NCBI GenBank assembly: GCA_011525365.1
Contig: WTGQ01000002.1
Location: 2,524,773 to 2,588,772 of the forward strand
Direction: 5' to 3'
DNA length: 64,000 bases
Source of the DNA: Acidobacteriota bacterium
GTDB lineage: Bacteria > Acidobacteriota > Thermoanaerobaculia > Multivoradales > Multivoraceae
Below, in pieces: positions 9,903 to 18,991 of this stretch (positions are counted from its first letter, which is position 1; each line of letters starts with the position of its first letter). The notes below the pieces were generated by a model. The model ran no database searches and had not been told where the DNA came from. It was given only the letters and a program-made list of their open reading frames with translations. The translations under genes and the position numbers were made by a program.

Positions 9903-10631
9903 CTACATCTGCGGGTAGAAGAACTGAGCCACGACAACGTCGGCCTGGGGCGACGGCTTCAGTTCGATGATGTCGTCGCGGGAGCCGCCCTTCGTCATCC
10001 TGAAGGACGCGTTCACGCGCTCCGGAGCGTCCCAGAGCACGATCGCGAACTCACCGTTCTTCTCGACCGGACCGCTCGCCTGGAACGAGCCGTCACCGGA
10101 GGTGATCGTGACCTCGCCGCCGCCCTTGACCGGCTTGCCACGCCTGTCCTGGACCCGTCCCGCCAGCACCGTGCGGATGCCCGGCGACTCCATCGACTCA
10201 CCCTCCCGGAAGAGGATCGGATAGAGCTGCTGGGATCCGTCCCGCTGGACCGCGACGCGCGCTATGACCGAACGGAAGCCGCTGCGCTCGAAGGTGACCC
10301 GAACGGTGATCCCTTCGTAATCGTCCCGGCTGAAGATCCGGCCCATGTTGCGCAGAAGGTAGGTACCGGTCTTGCGGCCCTTGGCCCGTAGCCGTGGCGC
10401 GGGCATGTGGTCGTTCTGGAACCAGATGTCCACATCCGGCAGCGGGTTCCCGCTCGAGTCGAGAATCGTGCCGAAGACGCGCGTGTTGTCCCGGCCGCCG
10501 ACCGCGCCGGTCACGTCACCGCCGCGCAGGTCGGCGCCGACATTGGCAGGCCCCGGATCCTGGGCCAGAGCGGGGACCGCCAGCACGAGCAGCGGGATGA
10601 ACAGGAGCGGAGAAAGGAGTCTCTTCGGCAT
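9903..10631 (-). CDS. secreted protein with two carboxypeptidase-regulatory-like (Ig-like beta-sandwich) repeats
   Basis: Signal peptide MPKRLLSPLLFIPLLVLAVPALA. Two repeats of the G-x-[IV]-x-D-x-x-G-x-P-[LV] type. Confidence 0.55.
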   Translation of the reverse strand: MPKRLLSPLLFIPLLVLAVPALAQDPGPANVGADLRGGDVTGAVGGRDNTRVFGTILDSSGNPLPDVDIWFQNDHMPAPRLRAKGRKTGTYLLRNMGRIFSRDDYEGITVRVTFERSGFRSVIARVAVQRDGSQQLYPILFREGESMESPGIRTVLAGRVQDRRGKPVKGGGEVTITSGDGSFQASGPVEKNGEFAIVLWDAPERVNASFRMTKGGSRDDIIELKPSPQADVVVAQFFYPQM

Positions 10632-10721
10632 TCTCGAGGCCCTCCGAACGGTTTTCGCGCAATGAGTCCGTACGCGCTCGCTACAGGCATCCCGGAACCT
10701 ATCAACAACTAGGATCGCCCG

Positions 10722-12110
10722 ATGCGGTCACCTGACACCGTTCCGGCAACGTCGCCGCGGCCGAGGCAGATCCTGGCGGCGGCAGCGATCGGTATCACGG
10801 CGGCCCTGCTGGTTCTGCGCTGGACGGCGCCGGACAACACGACCGCCCCTTCCGGCAGCGCATCCCGCGGCGTCCCGGCTCCCCTGCCAGCCCGCCCGGA
10901 GCCCGAGCCGCCGCCGCCCCTGCCTCGCGAACTCAGCGATGCTCTCGACCTGATGGCTCAGGGAAGACTCCGTGAAGCGCAGCGCCTGATGCTCAGCTTC
11001 GACGCCAGTCCTGCCGCCCTGGAACTGCTGCCCGACCATCGGGAGACCATGAACGCAATGCTGGAGCGCCTCGGGAAAGAGCCGGTCCTGCTGGCTGCCC
11101 TGGAGTTCGAGGGCGGCTTCGAGGATGCCGACCTCGACCGGCTTCGCCGAGCGCTTGGCTCACTGTCGCGCGAGCGGATGATCGCCCTCCGGCGTGACCC
11201 GCAGGCATCGCGCCACGTCGACGACGCGCGACGGCTGACCTCGGAGGTCGACGCGATCGAGGGACTGCTGGGCAGCGACCGGCTGGCGGCGCTCCGGCTG
11301 GCCCAGGACTTCGCGCGGCGACACCCGCGATTCGCGGCCGGCCTCGCCTTCGAGGATCGCGCCGCCGAGGCGATCGAGGAAACGGCCGGGCGGTTGATGG
11401 CGGCGAACCGCCTGGAAGAGGCCCGAACGCTGCTGCTCGAACTCAGATCGCTTCGCGGCGACTCGGCCGAGGAGGCCACGTCCGTCGATGCCAGGCTGGC
11501 TTCCATCGACTCGGTGTTCCAGCGACGGAGCGACCTGGACGCCGCGATCCGTGAGATCGAGATGCTGGGTCGGAAACGACCACACGAGGCGCTGGAGGTT
11601 CTCGCCGCCATGGGGCGGACACCCGAGAACGGTCGTCGTCTGGCCCAGGTGGAGTCCACTCTCAGGTTCCTGCTGGACGATCTCGACCAGGGAAGCCCCG
11701 CCGTCGAGATACTGGCCGCGAACGGTTCGAGCCTGGACCAGATCGAGTACGACCGCCGCGAGGATCTGGTGCTGCTGGTTCGCGCCCGGGACGACTACGA
11801 GGTGGTTTCGGTGCGTTTCTTCTGGCGTTGGTTCGACCGCGAAGGGGAAGGCGATGTCGTCGAGGCGATACTCAGGCCGGTCGACCCTGAGCCGGCGCCC
11901 GCCGCGGACGCCGCAGGCGACGCCAGAACCACCGAGATCGCCTTCAAGGCGACGGTTACACAGCCCGAACACGGGGGCCGGAGCATTCAGTTCTGGGCCG
12001 AGGCGACCGACCGTGGCGGCCGCGTCGCGAGAAGCGACGACCCGCCGAGACAACTCACTCCTGCGCGGCGCGGGTTCCTGCAGCGGCTCGGCCTTCGCCG
12101 CCGCCAGTGA
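10722..12110 (+). CDS. hypothetical protein with an N-terminal membrane anchor
   Basis: Transmembrane helix ILAAAAIGITAALLVL, a Pro-rich linker, then a helical Ala/Leu/Arg-rich body. I prefer it over the antisense ORF 11160..12146 because of consistent GC3 bias and the signal-anchor. Confidence 0.45.
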   Translation: MRSPDTVPATSPRPRQILAAAAIGITAALLVLRWTAPDNTTAPSGSASRGVPAPLPARPEPEPPPPLPRELSDALDLMAQGRLREAQRLMLSFDASPAALELLPDHRETMNAMLERLGKEPVLLAALEFEGGFEDADLDRLRRALGSLSRERMIALRRDPQASRHVDDARRLTSEVDAIEGLLGSDRLAALRLAQDFARRHPRFAAGLAFEDRAAEAIEETAGRLMAANRLEEARTLLLELRSLRGDSAEEATSVDARLASIDSVFQRRSDLDAAIREIEMLGRKRPHEALEVLAAMGRTPENGRRLAQVESTLRFLLDDLDQGSPAVEILAANGSSLDQIEYDRREDLVLLVRARDDYEVVSVRFFWRWFDREGEGDVVEAILRPVDPEPAPAADAAGDARTTEIAFKATVTQPEHGGRSIQFWAEATDRGGRVARSDDPPRQLTPARRGFLQRLGLRRRQ

Positions 12111-12169
12111 CCCTTCACGGACGTGAAACCATTGACTACCAGACACTTACCGGCGCCAGGCGCACTGGT

Positions 12170-13435
12170 ATGATGACCGCCGTGGCGAACGGTACCAGCG
12201 CCCCGAACAACGCCGGTGAAACACCTGCAGAGCCGGCGATACCCCAGCACCACGTCGAGACGACCGACCGGGACTTCCGCAGCCTCGGGCTGAATCCGGA
12301 GATCCTGGAGGTCCTGGCCGAAATCGGCTTCGAGCATCCGACGCCCATCCAGGCCGACGTGATCCCCGACGCGATCGCCGGCAGGGACCTGATCGGCCTG
12401 GCCGAAACCGGCTCCGGCAAGACAGCCGCCTTCGTCCTGCCGATCGTCCAGCGGCTCGGCCGGGGCAAGGGCGTGCGCGCGCTCGTCGTCTGCCCCACGC
12501 GCGAGATCGCCCTGCAGACCAAGGCCTTCCTCGACGTCTTTCGCAAGAGCCGGTTGCGAATCACCTCGGCCTGCCTGATCGGAGGCGTGAAGATCGGACC
12601 CCAGTTCGACCAGTTGCGCCGGGATCCCGACGTTTTGGTGGCAACGCCCGGGCGACTCCTGGACCACACCGAACGCGGCACGGTGAGCCTTCGCAACGTC
12701 GAGGAGCTCGTGCTGGACGAAGCAGACCACATGCTCGACCTCGGCTTCATGCCCCAGGTGCAGCGGATCGTGACCCAGGTGCCCAGCCGGCGGCACACGA
12801 TGCTGTTCTCGGCCACCATGCCGCCCCCGATCGAACGCCTGGCCCAGCGCTACATGGACGATCCCCTCCGGATCGACCTGGCGCCCCGCGGCGCCGCTTC
12901 CGGAATCGAACACCGCCTCTACCTGGTCGACGAGAAGGACAAGAAGAGCTGCGCCCTGGCGCTGCTCGACTCGGTCCCCGGATCGACCCTCGTCTTCACC
13001 AAGCGCCGGTCCGACGCCGAGTGGCTGTGCCGGGTGCTGGAGCGGGGACGGCACAGCGTCGCGCGCATCCACTCGGACCGCTCGCAGAAGCACCGGGTCG
13101 ACGCCCTCGAGAGTTTCCGCGCTGGTCATCATCGCATCCTGGTGGCAACGAACATCGCGGCCCGCGGCATCGACGTCCAGGGCATCGAGCACATCCTGAA
13201 CTACGACCTTCCCGATACCGCCGAGGACTACATCCACCGCGCCGGCCGCACCGCACGCGGCGCCGCCGAAGGGGTCGTGTCGTCGATCGGTACCTGGCTC
13301 GACAAGCCGATCGTCCGCCAGATAGAGCTGGCGCTCGGTCACCCGCTGCCTCGCCGGGAAGTCGAGGGAGTGTCCCCTTACCGTGAAATGCGGTCGCTCA
13401 ACGAGCGCCGCCGGCGCTCTCCGCTGCGCCGCTGA
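12170..13435 (+). CDS. DEAD-box ATP-dependent RNA helicase (RhlE/DeaD-like)
   Basis: Q-motif PTPIQ, motif I AETGSGKT, motif II DEAD, motif III SAT, motif VI HRAGRTAR. Arg-rich C-terminal tail. Confidence 0.9.
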   Translation: MMTAVANGTSAPNNAGETPAEPAIPQHHVETTDRDFRSLGLNPEILEVLAEIGFEHPTPIQADVIPDAIAGRDLIGLAETGSGKTAAFVLPIVQRLGRGKGVRALVVCPTREIALQTKAFLDVFRKSRLRITSACLIGGVKIGPQFDQLRRDPDVLVATPGRLLDHTERGTVSLRNVEELVLDEADHMLDLGFMPQVQRIVTQVPSRRHTMLFSATMPPPIERLAQRYMDDPLRIDLAPRGAASGIEHRLYLVDEKDKKSCALALLDSVPGSTLVFTKRRSDAEWLCRVLERGRHSVARIHSDRSQKHRVDALESFRAGHHRILVATNIAARGIDVQGIEHILNYDLPDTAEDYIHRAGRTARGAAEGVVSSIGTWLDKPIVRQIELALGHPLPRREVEGVSPYREMRSLNERRRRSPLRR

Positions 13436-13443
13436 ACGCCGCC

Positions 13444-15066
13444 GTGATCCCCATCCCGGATCTCCTGAACCGGGAGCCCTTTCTCGGCATCGACCGGAAG
13501 GCTCTGTCGGACCTGCTTGGCCTCGCCATTCTCGGCCGGGAGATCGGCACCGAGTTCCATGACCTGATGGCGGAGGCGGAGACGCCGCCCACGACGTGGC
13601 GGCCGGAGTTCTTCGAGCAGGACCTGTTCATCGACCGCCTGATCGCGGAGAGCTTCGAGGTCGCAATGGACGGCGTCCAGTACCCGATCAACCAGCGCTT
13701 TCTCCGACGCGCGCTATCCGCTACCCCGACCGATCTGCGGACGATCGAGTTCCGGCAGTCGATCCTGCGCGAGATGGACGAGAACGAAGAGATCCTGGCG
13801 TCAGCCAAACGACTCTACCGCGAGCTGTTCGCCCTGCTTTCGCTTCACCGTACGCCCCGTTATCACCGCATCGTCGACACCGCGGCCCACAACCTGGACA
13901 TCCTGAAGCAGAGCCGTCTCGTCATCGACCTGATGCACGACCGGTTCGGATCCGCCCGTTCCGGTCTCAGACGCCTCCACCAGGGGGCGGCCGCAATCCA
14001 CGAGACGGAGGAGTACAAGACCCTCGCCGCCCTGCTGGACTACGAGGACCAGCTCGCCCAACTGAACCTCGACATCTCCCTGGGCGGCGACGGCCGTATC
14101 CGCCGGGTCGAGGTGCGTTCCCTCGACGAGTGCAGCGACAACCGCTTCTGGACGCGACCGATCAAGCGCTTCTGGGGCCGGCTCCAACTCGGGATCGGCG
14201 GCTACTCGATGACGAACCGGGAACTCCTGAACCGGGTGATCGAGCGGGTCTACGTCTCCCTGTCTCCGGCCCTGATCCCGCTGATCCAGATGCTTGGCCA
14301 ACTGGAGCTCTACCTGGCGGTGCGGGCGTTGAGGGACCGCGCCGCCGGACGCGGCCTCGAGATGTGCATTCCTGAACTCCTGCCCGACCACGACACCGGC
14401 CCGGCGTTCGCCTGCGAGAACCTGTGGAACCCTCTGCTGCTGCACCAGGAACAGGCGCCCGTCCCCTGCACGGTGAGCACCGCCGGCAGCGTGCCGATCA
14501 CGGTCGTGACCGGGCCCAACTCGGGCGGCAAGACGCGGCTGATCCAGGCGATCGCGCTCGCCCAGCTACTCGCCCAGTCGGGCCTCTACGCGCCGTGCAC
14601 CCGCGGCCGCCTGCGGGTGCAGAACGGGCTCTTCGTCTCCCTGATCGAACGCGAGAGCGCGGACCAGGTAGAGGGCCGCCTGGGCCGGGAACTCGTGCGC
14701 ATCCGCACCCTGTTCGAGGAGATGGAGCACGGCTCGATGGTCATCCTGGACGAGCTCTGCTCGGGCACGAACCCGTCGGAGGGCATCGAGGTCTTCACCC
14801 TGGTCCTGCAGTTGCTCCGGCGGGTCGATCCGGTGGCCTACGTCACGACTCACTTCCTCGACCACGCCCGTTCCCTGGAGGAGAACCACCACGAACTGGG
14901 CCTGGAGTTTCTCCAGGTGGAGCTCGACGAAGCCCGCCGGAGCACCTACCAGTTCAACGCCGGCGTCGCCAGGACCTCCCTGGCCGCGCTCACCGCCGAA
15001 CGCCTCGGGGTTACCTTCGAGAACCTCTCGACGGCCGTCGACCGCCGCCGGACAAAGGCGAGCTAA
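13444..15066 (+). CDS. MutS domain V (ABC-type ATPase) protein lacking the mismatch-recognition domains
   Basis: C-terminal Walker A TGPNSGGKT and MutS-type Walker B/D-loop ILDELCSGTNPSEG. The N-terminal 330 aa or so are unassignable. Confidence 0.7.
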   Translation: MIPIPDLLNREPFLGIDRKALSDLLGLAILGREIGTEFHDLMAEAETPPTTWRPEFFEQDLFIDRLIAESFEVAMDGVQYPINQRFLRRALSATPTDLRTIEFRQSILREMDENEEILASAKRLYRELFALLSLHRTPRYHRIVDTAAHNLDILKQSRLVIDLMHDRFGSARSGLRRLHQGAAAIHETEEYKTLAALLDYEDQLAQLNLDISLGGDGRIRRVEVRSLDECSDNRFWTRPIKRFWGRLQLGIGGYSMTNRELLNRVIERVYVSLSPALIPLIQMLGQLELYLAVRALRDRAAGRGLEMCIPELLPDHDTGPAFACENLWNPLLLHQEQAPVPCTVSTAGSVPITVVTGPNSGGKTRLIQAIALAQLLAQSGLYAPCTRGRLRVQNGLFVSLIERESADQVEGRLGRELVRIRTLFEEMEHGSMVILDELCSGTNPSEGIEVFTLVLQLLRRVDPVAYVTTHFLDHARSLEENHHELGLEFLQVELDEARRSTYQFNAGVARTSLAALTAERLGVTFENLSTAVDRRRTKAS

Positions 15067-15067
15067 C

Positions 15068-15760
15068 TCAGTACGGAACGCCGGTCGCCCGGCAGACGAA
15101 CCGCATCAGTGGTGAGGCGGCGGCGCAGAGGCCCGTGAACTCGTCCAGAAAGCCGCCGCCGAGCAGCCGCGTCTGATTGAGACGCGCGACGGCCATGAAG
15201 GACTTGCGCTTGATGTCGTCGATACGTGGATGATCCGCATCGAAGCCTCGCGGAGCCCGTTTCAGACTCTCACCGCCCAGTTCAAGCTCCCCGCCGAGCC
15301 CCGGATTCCCGGTGACCTCGGCCCAACCGTCCGCGTCTTCCACGATCTGCCGCCGGATCGTCCGCAGCGCCTCCGGGTGGGGCCGCCACATCCCGCCGCC
15401 CATGAACACGCTGCCCGGTTCGATGTGGAGGTAGAAGCCGGGCGCATGGGCGTCGCGATGCTGCTCGTGGCGGAAGTGGATGCCGATGTGAGTCTTGTAG
15501 GGCCGCTTGTCGCGAGAGAAGCGCACGTCCCGGTGGATGCGGAACAGGGAACCGCCGACCTTCTTCGGCACCGCCAGAAAGTGGCTCGAGACCTCGTCGA
15601 TCCGGGTCCCGAAGTCGCTGATGAACTGAAGTGCCGGCTCGCGCACGACACTTTCATAGCGCTCGCCGTTGGCCGTGAACCAGTCGCGCTCGTTGTTCTC
15701 CGCGAGTTCGCGCAGAAAGGCGAAGGTCTGTCTCGAAAACGGGTTCTTCCATCGCTCCAT
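15068..15760 (-). CDS. DUF2461 / TIGR02453 family protein
   Basis: Characteristic N-terminus [21 protein letters not shown] and about 230 aa in length. Confidence 0.65.
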   Translation of the reverse strand: MERWKNPFSRQTFAFLRELAENNERDWFTANGERYESVVREPALQFISDFGTRIDEVSSHFLAVPKKVGGSLFRIHRDVRFSRDKRPYKTHIGIHFRHEQHRDAHAPGFYLHIEPGSVFMGGGMWRPHPEALRTIRRQIVEDADGWAEVTGNPGLGGELELGGESLKRAPRGFDADHPRIDDIKRKSFMAVARLNQTRLLGGGFLDEFTGLCAAASPLMRFVCRATGVPY

Positions 15761-15843
15761 CGTCGCCTGCTCCTGTGCCTTCGGGGCCGGACTCTCGCTG
15801 CGGAGCGAAGTGTATTCTCGGATGCTTCAACAAGGAGACCCGA

Positions 15844-16590
15844 ATGGACATTTTCGTCGCCGAGCTGGTCGGCACCGCGCTCCTGATCATCCTGGGCGAT
15901 GGCGTCGTGGCCAACGTGGTCCTCGCCCGGACCAAGGGGAACGACAGCGGCTGGATCGTCATCGCGACCGGCTGGGGGCTCGCCGTAGCGCTGGCGGTCT
16001 ACTGCGTCGGCCGGGTCAGCGGCGCGCACATCAACCCGGCCGTCAGCGTCGGCCTGTGGTCGATCGGCGAACTCGAGACGGCCCTGCTGCCGACCTACAT
16101 CGGCGCCCAGTTGCTCGGCGCCTTCGCCGGCGCGGTCATCGTCTACCTCACCTACCGTCCCCACTGGGCGGTCACGTCGGATCAGGCGGCGAAGCTCGGA
16201 GTCTTCTGCACCGCTCCGGAGATTCCGCGGCGCCGCGGCGCGAACTTCGTGACCGAAGTGGTCGGCACCGCCGTCCTGGTCTTCGGTGTCCTGGCCATCG
16301 CCGCCAACGCCTCCGAACTCGCCGGCGAGATCGACCTGTCGGCGGTGTTCGCCACGGGCATCAACCCCCTCCTCGTCGGCTTCCTGGTCTGGGGAATCGG
16401 CCTCTCGCTGGGCGGCCCCACGGGCTACGCGATCAACCCGGCGCGCGATCTGGGCCCCCGCATCGCCCACGCGGTCCTGCCGATCCCGGGCAAGGGCGGC
16501 TCCGACTGGGGCTACGCCTGGGTGCCGGTGGCGGGTCCGCTCGCCGGCGGAGTGCTCGGCGCTCTGGCCTTCCGCGGTCTCGGCTGGTAG
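15844..16590 (+). CDS. glpF: aquaglyceroporin / glycerol uptake facilitator
   Basis: MIP-family NPA boxes HINPAVS and [10 protein letters not shown]. Six transmembrane segments. AGGAG Shine-Dalgarno sequence before the ATG at 15844. Confidence 0.9.
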   Translation: MDIFVAELVGTALLIILGDGVVANVVLARTKGNDSGWIVIATGWGLAVALAVYCVGRVSGAHINPAVSVGLWSIGELETALLPTYIGAQLLGAFAGAVIVYLTYRPHWAVTSDQAAKLGVFCTAPEIPRRRGANFVTEVVGTAVLVFGVLAIAANASELAGEIDLSAVFATGINPLLVGFLVWGIGLSLGGPTGYAINPARDLGPRIAHAVLPIPGKGGSDWGYAWVPVAGPLAGGVLGALAFRGLGW

Positions 16591-16601
16591 ACCCGGCAGA
16601 C

Positions 16602-18089
16602 ATGAACTACATCCTCGCCCTGGATCAGGGCACCACGTCCAGTCGTTCCATCCTGTTCGAGCACCAGGGAACTGCCGCCGCTTCCGCGCAGCGCGAGTTC
16701 CCGCAGCTCTACCCGTCGCCCGGTCACGTCGAGCACGATCCGGAAGCGATCTGGAAGTCCCAGCTCGCCACCGCCCGCGCCGCCATACGGGGAGCTTCCG
16801 CCTCCGCCGCCGAAATCGCCGCCATCGGCATCGCGAATCAGCGGGAGACGGTCGTGCTATGGGAGCGCGACAGCGGCAAGCCGATCGACAACGCGATCGT
16901 CTGGCAGAGTCGCATCACCGCGCCGCTCTGCGAGCGACTGAAGCAGCAGGGACACGAGGACCTGTTTCGCAATAGAACCGGCCTGGTGCTCGATCCGTAC
17001 TTCTCGGGCACGAAGATCGCGTACCTGCTCGACAAGCACAAGCTCCGCGCCCGCGCCCGCCGCGGCGAGATCCTGGCCGGAACGATCGACACGTTCCTGC
17101 TCTGGCGCCTGACCGGCGGCGAAGTCCACGCCACGGACGCGAGCAACGCCTCGCGCACGCTGCTGTTCGACATCCACAACCTGGACTGGGACGACGAGTT
17201 GCTCGGCATGCTGCGCGTGCCTCGCGCCATGCTGCCCGAAGTGCGGGACTCGAGCGGCGACTTCGGGCGAACGGACCGGCGCCTGTTCGGGCGGCGGATT
17301 CCGATCGCCGGCATCGCCGGCGACCAGCAGGCGGCCACCTTCGGACAGGGCTGCTTCCGGCGCGGCATGGTGAAGAACACCTACGGCACCGGCTGCTTCA
17401 TCCTGATGAACACCGGGAGCCGCGCGGTTTCGTCGAAGAACGGCCTCCTCACCACCGTCGGCTGGGTGCGGGCCGGCAAGCCCACGTACTGTCTCGAGGG
17501 ATCGGTGTTCGTCGGCGGCGCCGCCGTCCAGTGGCTGCGGGACGGATTGGGACTCATCGAACGTTCGGAACAGATCGAGGAACTGGCCGCGAGCGAGCCG
17601 GACAGCGGCGGCGTCTACCTGGTCCCGGCGTTCGTCGGCCTCGGCGCACCGCACTGGGATCCCTATGCCCGGGGTCTGCTCATCGGACTCGAGCGTTCGA
17701 CCACCGCCGGCCACGTGGCCAGAGCCACTGTCGAGTCCATGGCATACCAGAGCCTCGACGTCGTCCGAGCCATGGAGGCCGACGCCGGTTCACGGATGCG
17801 CGAACTCCGGGTCGACGGTGGCGCCGCGGTCAACGACACCCTGATGCAGTTCCAGGCGGACCTGCTCGGCAAGCGGGTACAGCGGCCGGTCGTCGCGGAA
17901 ACAACGGCGCTCGGCGCCGCCTACCTCGCCGGACTCGCCGTCGGCTTCTGGAGCGACCAGGCCGACGTGACGAGCAACTGGGCGCTCGACCGCGAGTTCG
18001 AACCGCGCTCGACACCCGCGGGGCGCCGCCGTCTCGCCGCCAGCTGGCAGCGGGCGGTCGAGAGATCGCGGGCCTGGGCCGAGACCTAG
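16602..18089 (+). CDS. glpK: glycerol kinase
   Basis: N-terminus [17 protein letters not shown]-family motifs throughout ([30 protein letters not shown]). Lies 11 nt after glpF. Confidence 0.95.
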   Translation: MNYILALDQGTTSSRSILFEHQGTAAASAQREFPQLYPSPGHVEHDPEAIWKSQLATARAAIRGASASAAEIAAIGIANQRETVVLWERDSGKPIDNAIVWQSRITAPLCERLKQQGHEDLFRNRTGLVLDPYFSGTKIAYLLDKHKLRARARRGEILAGTIDTFLLWRLTGGEVHATDASNASRTLLFDIHNLDWDDELLGMLRVPRAMLPEVRDSSGDFGRTDRRLFGRRIPIAGIAGDQQAATFGQGCFRRGMVKNTYGTGCFILMNTGSRAVSSKNGLLTTVGWVRAGKPTYCLEGSVFVGGAAVQWLRDGLGLIERSEQIEELAASEPDSGGVYLVPAFVGLGAPHWDPYARGLLIGLERSTTAGHVARATVESMAYQSLDVVRAMEADAGSRMRELRVDGGAAVNDTLMQFQADLLGKRVQRPVVAETTALGAAYLAGLAVGFWSDQADVTSNWALDREFEPRSTPAGRRRLAASWQRAVERSRAWAET

Positions 18090-18138
18090 CTGCGGTACGC
18101 TCTCGCCCCTCGAACCGACCACGCATCCGGAGATCGCA

Positions 18139-18966
18139 ATGACCGACGTAGCCGCCCGCCCCCGCCTCACCGTTGACATCGAAGCCGGCGTCGCCGATGT
18201 ACGTCTCGACCGCGCGGACAAACTCAATGCGCTGGACGGAGCGATGTTCGACGCCCTCGGCGGCACCGCCCAGGAGCTGGCCGAAGACTCGTCCGTGCGC
18301 GCCGTCGTGCTCTCCGGCAACGGCCGCGCTTTCTGCGCCGGCCTCGACTTCGGCAGCTTTCGCGCCATGCAGCAGAGCGGCGACGGACCATCCTCGACGC
18401 GCGAACTGGTGCAGCGGACCGACGAGAATCCCGCCAACCGCGCGCAGTTCGCGGCCTGGGGCTGGCACGCGATGCCCGTTCCCGTCATTGCGGCCGTTCA
18501 CGGTGTGGCCTACGGCGGCGGCTTCCAGATCGCGCTGGGCGCCGATCTCCGCGTCGTCCACCCGGAAGCCAGGCTCTCGGTGCGCGAGATCGTCTGGGGT
18601 CTGATCCCCGACATGGCTGGTCCCCAGTTGCTGCGGCACCTGGTGCGCGCCGACATCGCCAAGGAGCTGACCTTCACCGGACGCGTGATCAGCGGCGTCG
18701 AGGCCGCGGAACTCGGCCTCGTCACCCGCCTGTCCGAGAATCCGCTCGATGACGCCCTCGCCCTGGCGCGCGAGATCGCCGGCAACTCGCCGCACGCGAT
18801 CCGCGCCGCCAAGCAGGTGCTCGACACCGCCTCGACGGCCAGCGTTCGCGAAGGGCTCGAGACCGAGGAGCGGCTGCAAGTCGGTCTGATCGGCTCTCCG
18901 AATCAGGTCGAGGCGGTGATGGCGAACATGGAGAAGCGGGCGCCTAACTTCGCCGACGTCGACTGA
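18139..18966 (+). CDS. enoyl-CoA hydratase/isomerase (crotonase) family protein
   Basis: Crotonase fold motifs VVLSGNGRAFCAGLD and AAVHGVAYGGGFQIAL. Confidence 0.85.
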   Translation: MTDVAARPRLTVDIEAGVADVRLDRADKLNALDGAMFDALGGTAQELAEDSSVRAVVLSGNGRAFCAGLDFGSFRAMQQSGDGPSSTRELVQRTDENPANRAQFAAWGWHAMPVPVIAAVHGVAYGGGFQIALGADLRVVHPEARLSVREIVWGLIPDMAGPQLLRHLVRADIAKELTFTGRVISGVEAAELGLVTRLSENPLDDALALAREIAGNSPHAIRAAKQVLDTASTASVREGLETEERLQVGLIGSPNQVEAVMANMEKRAPNFADVD

Positions 18967-18991
18967 AAGCGGAGGCGGCTGACTCCTGCCG

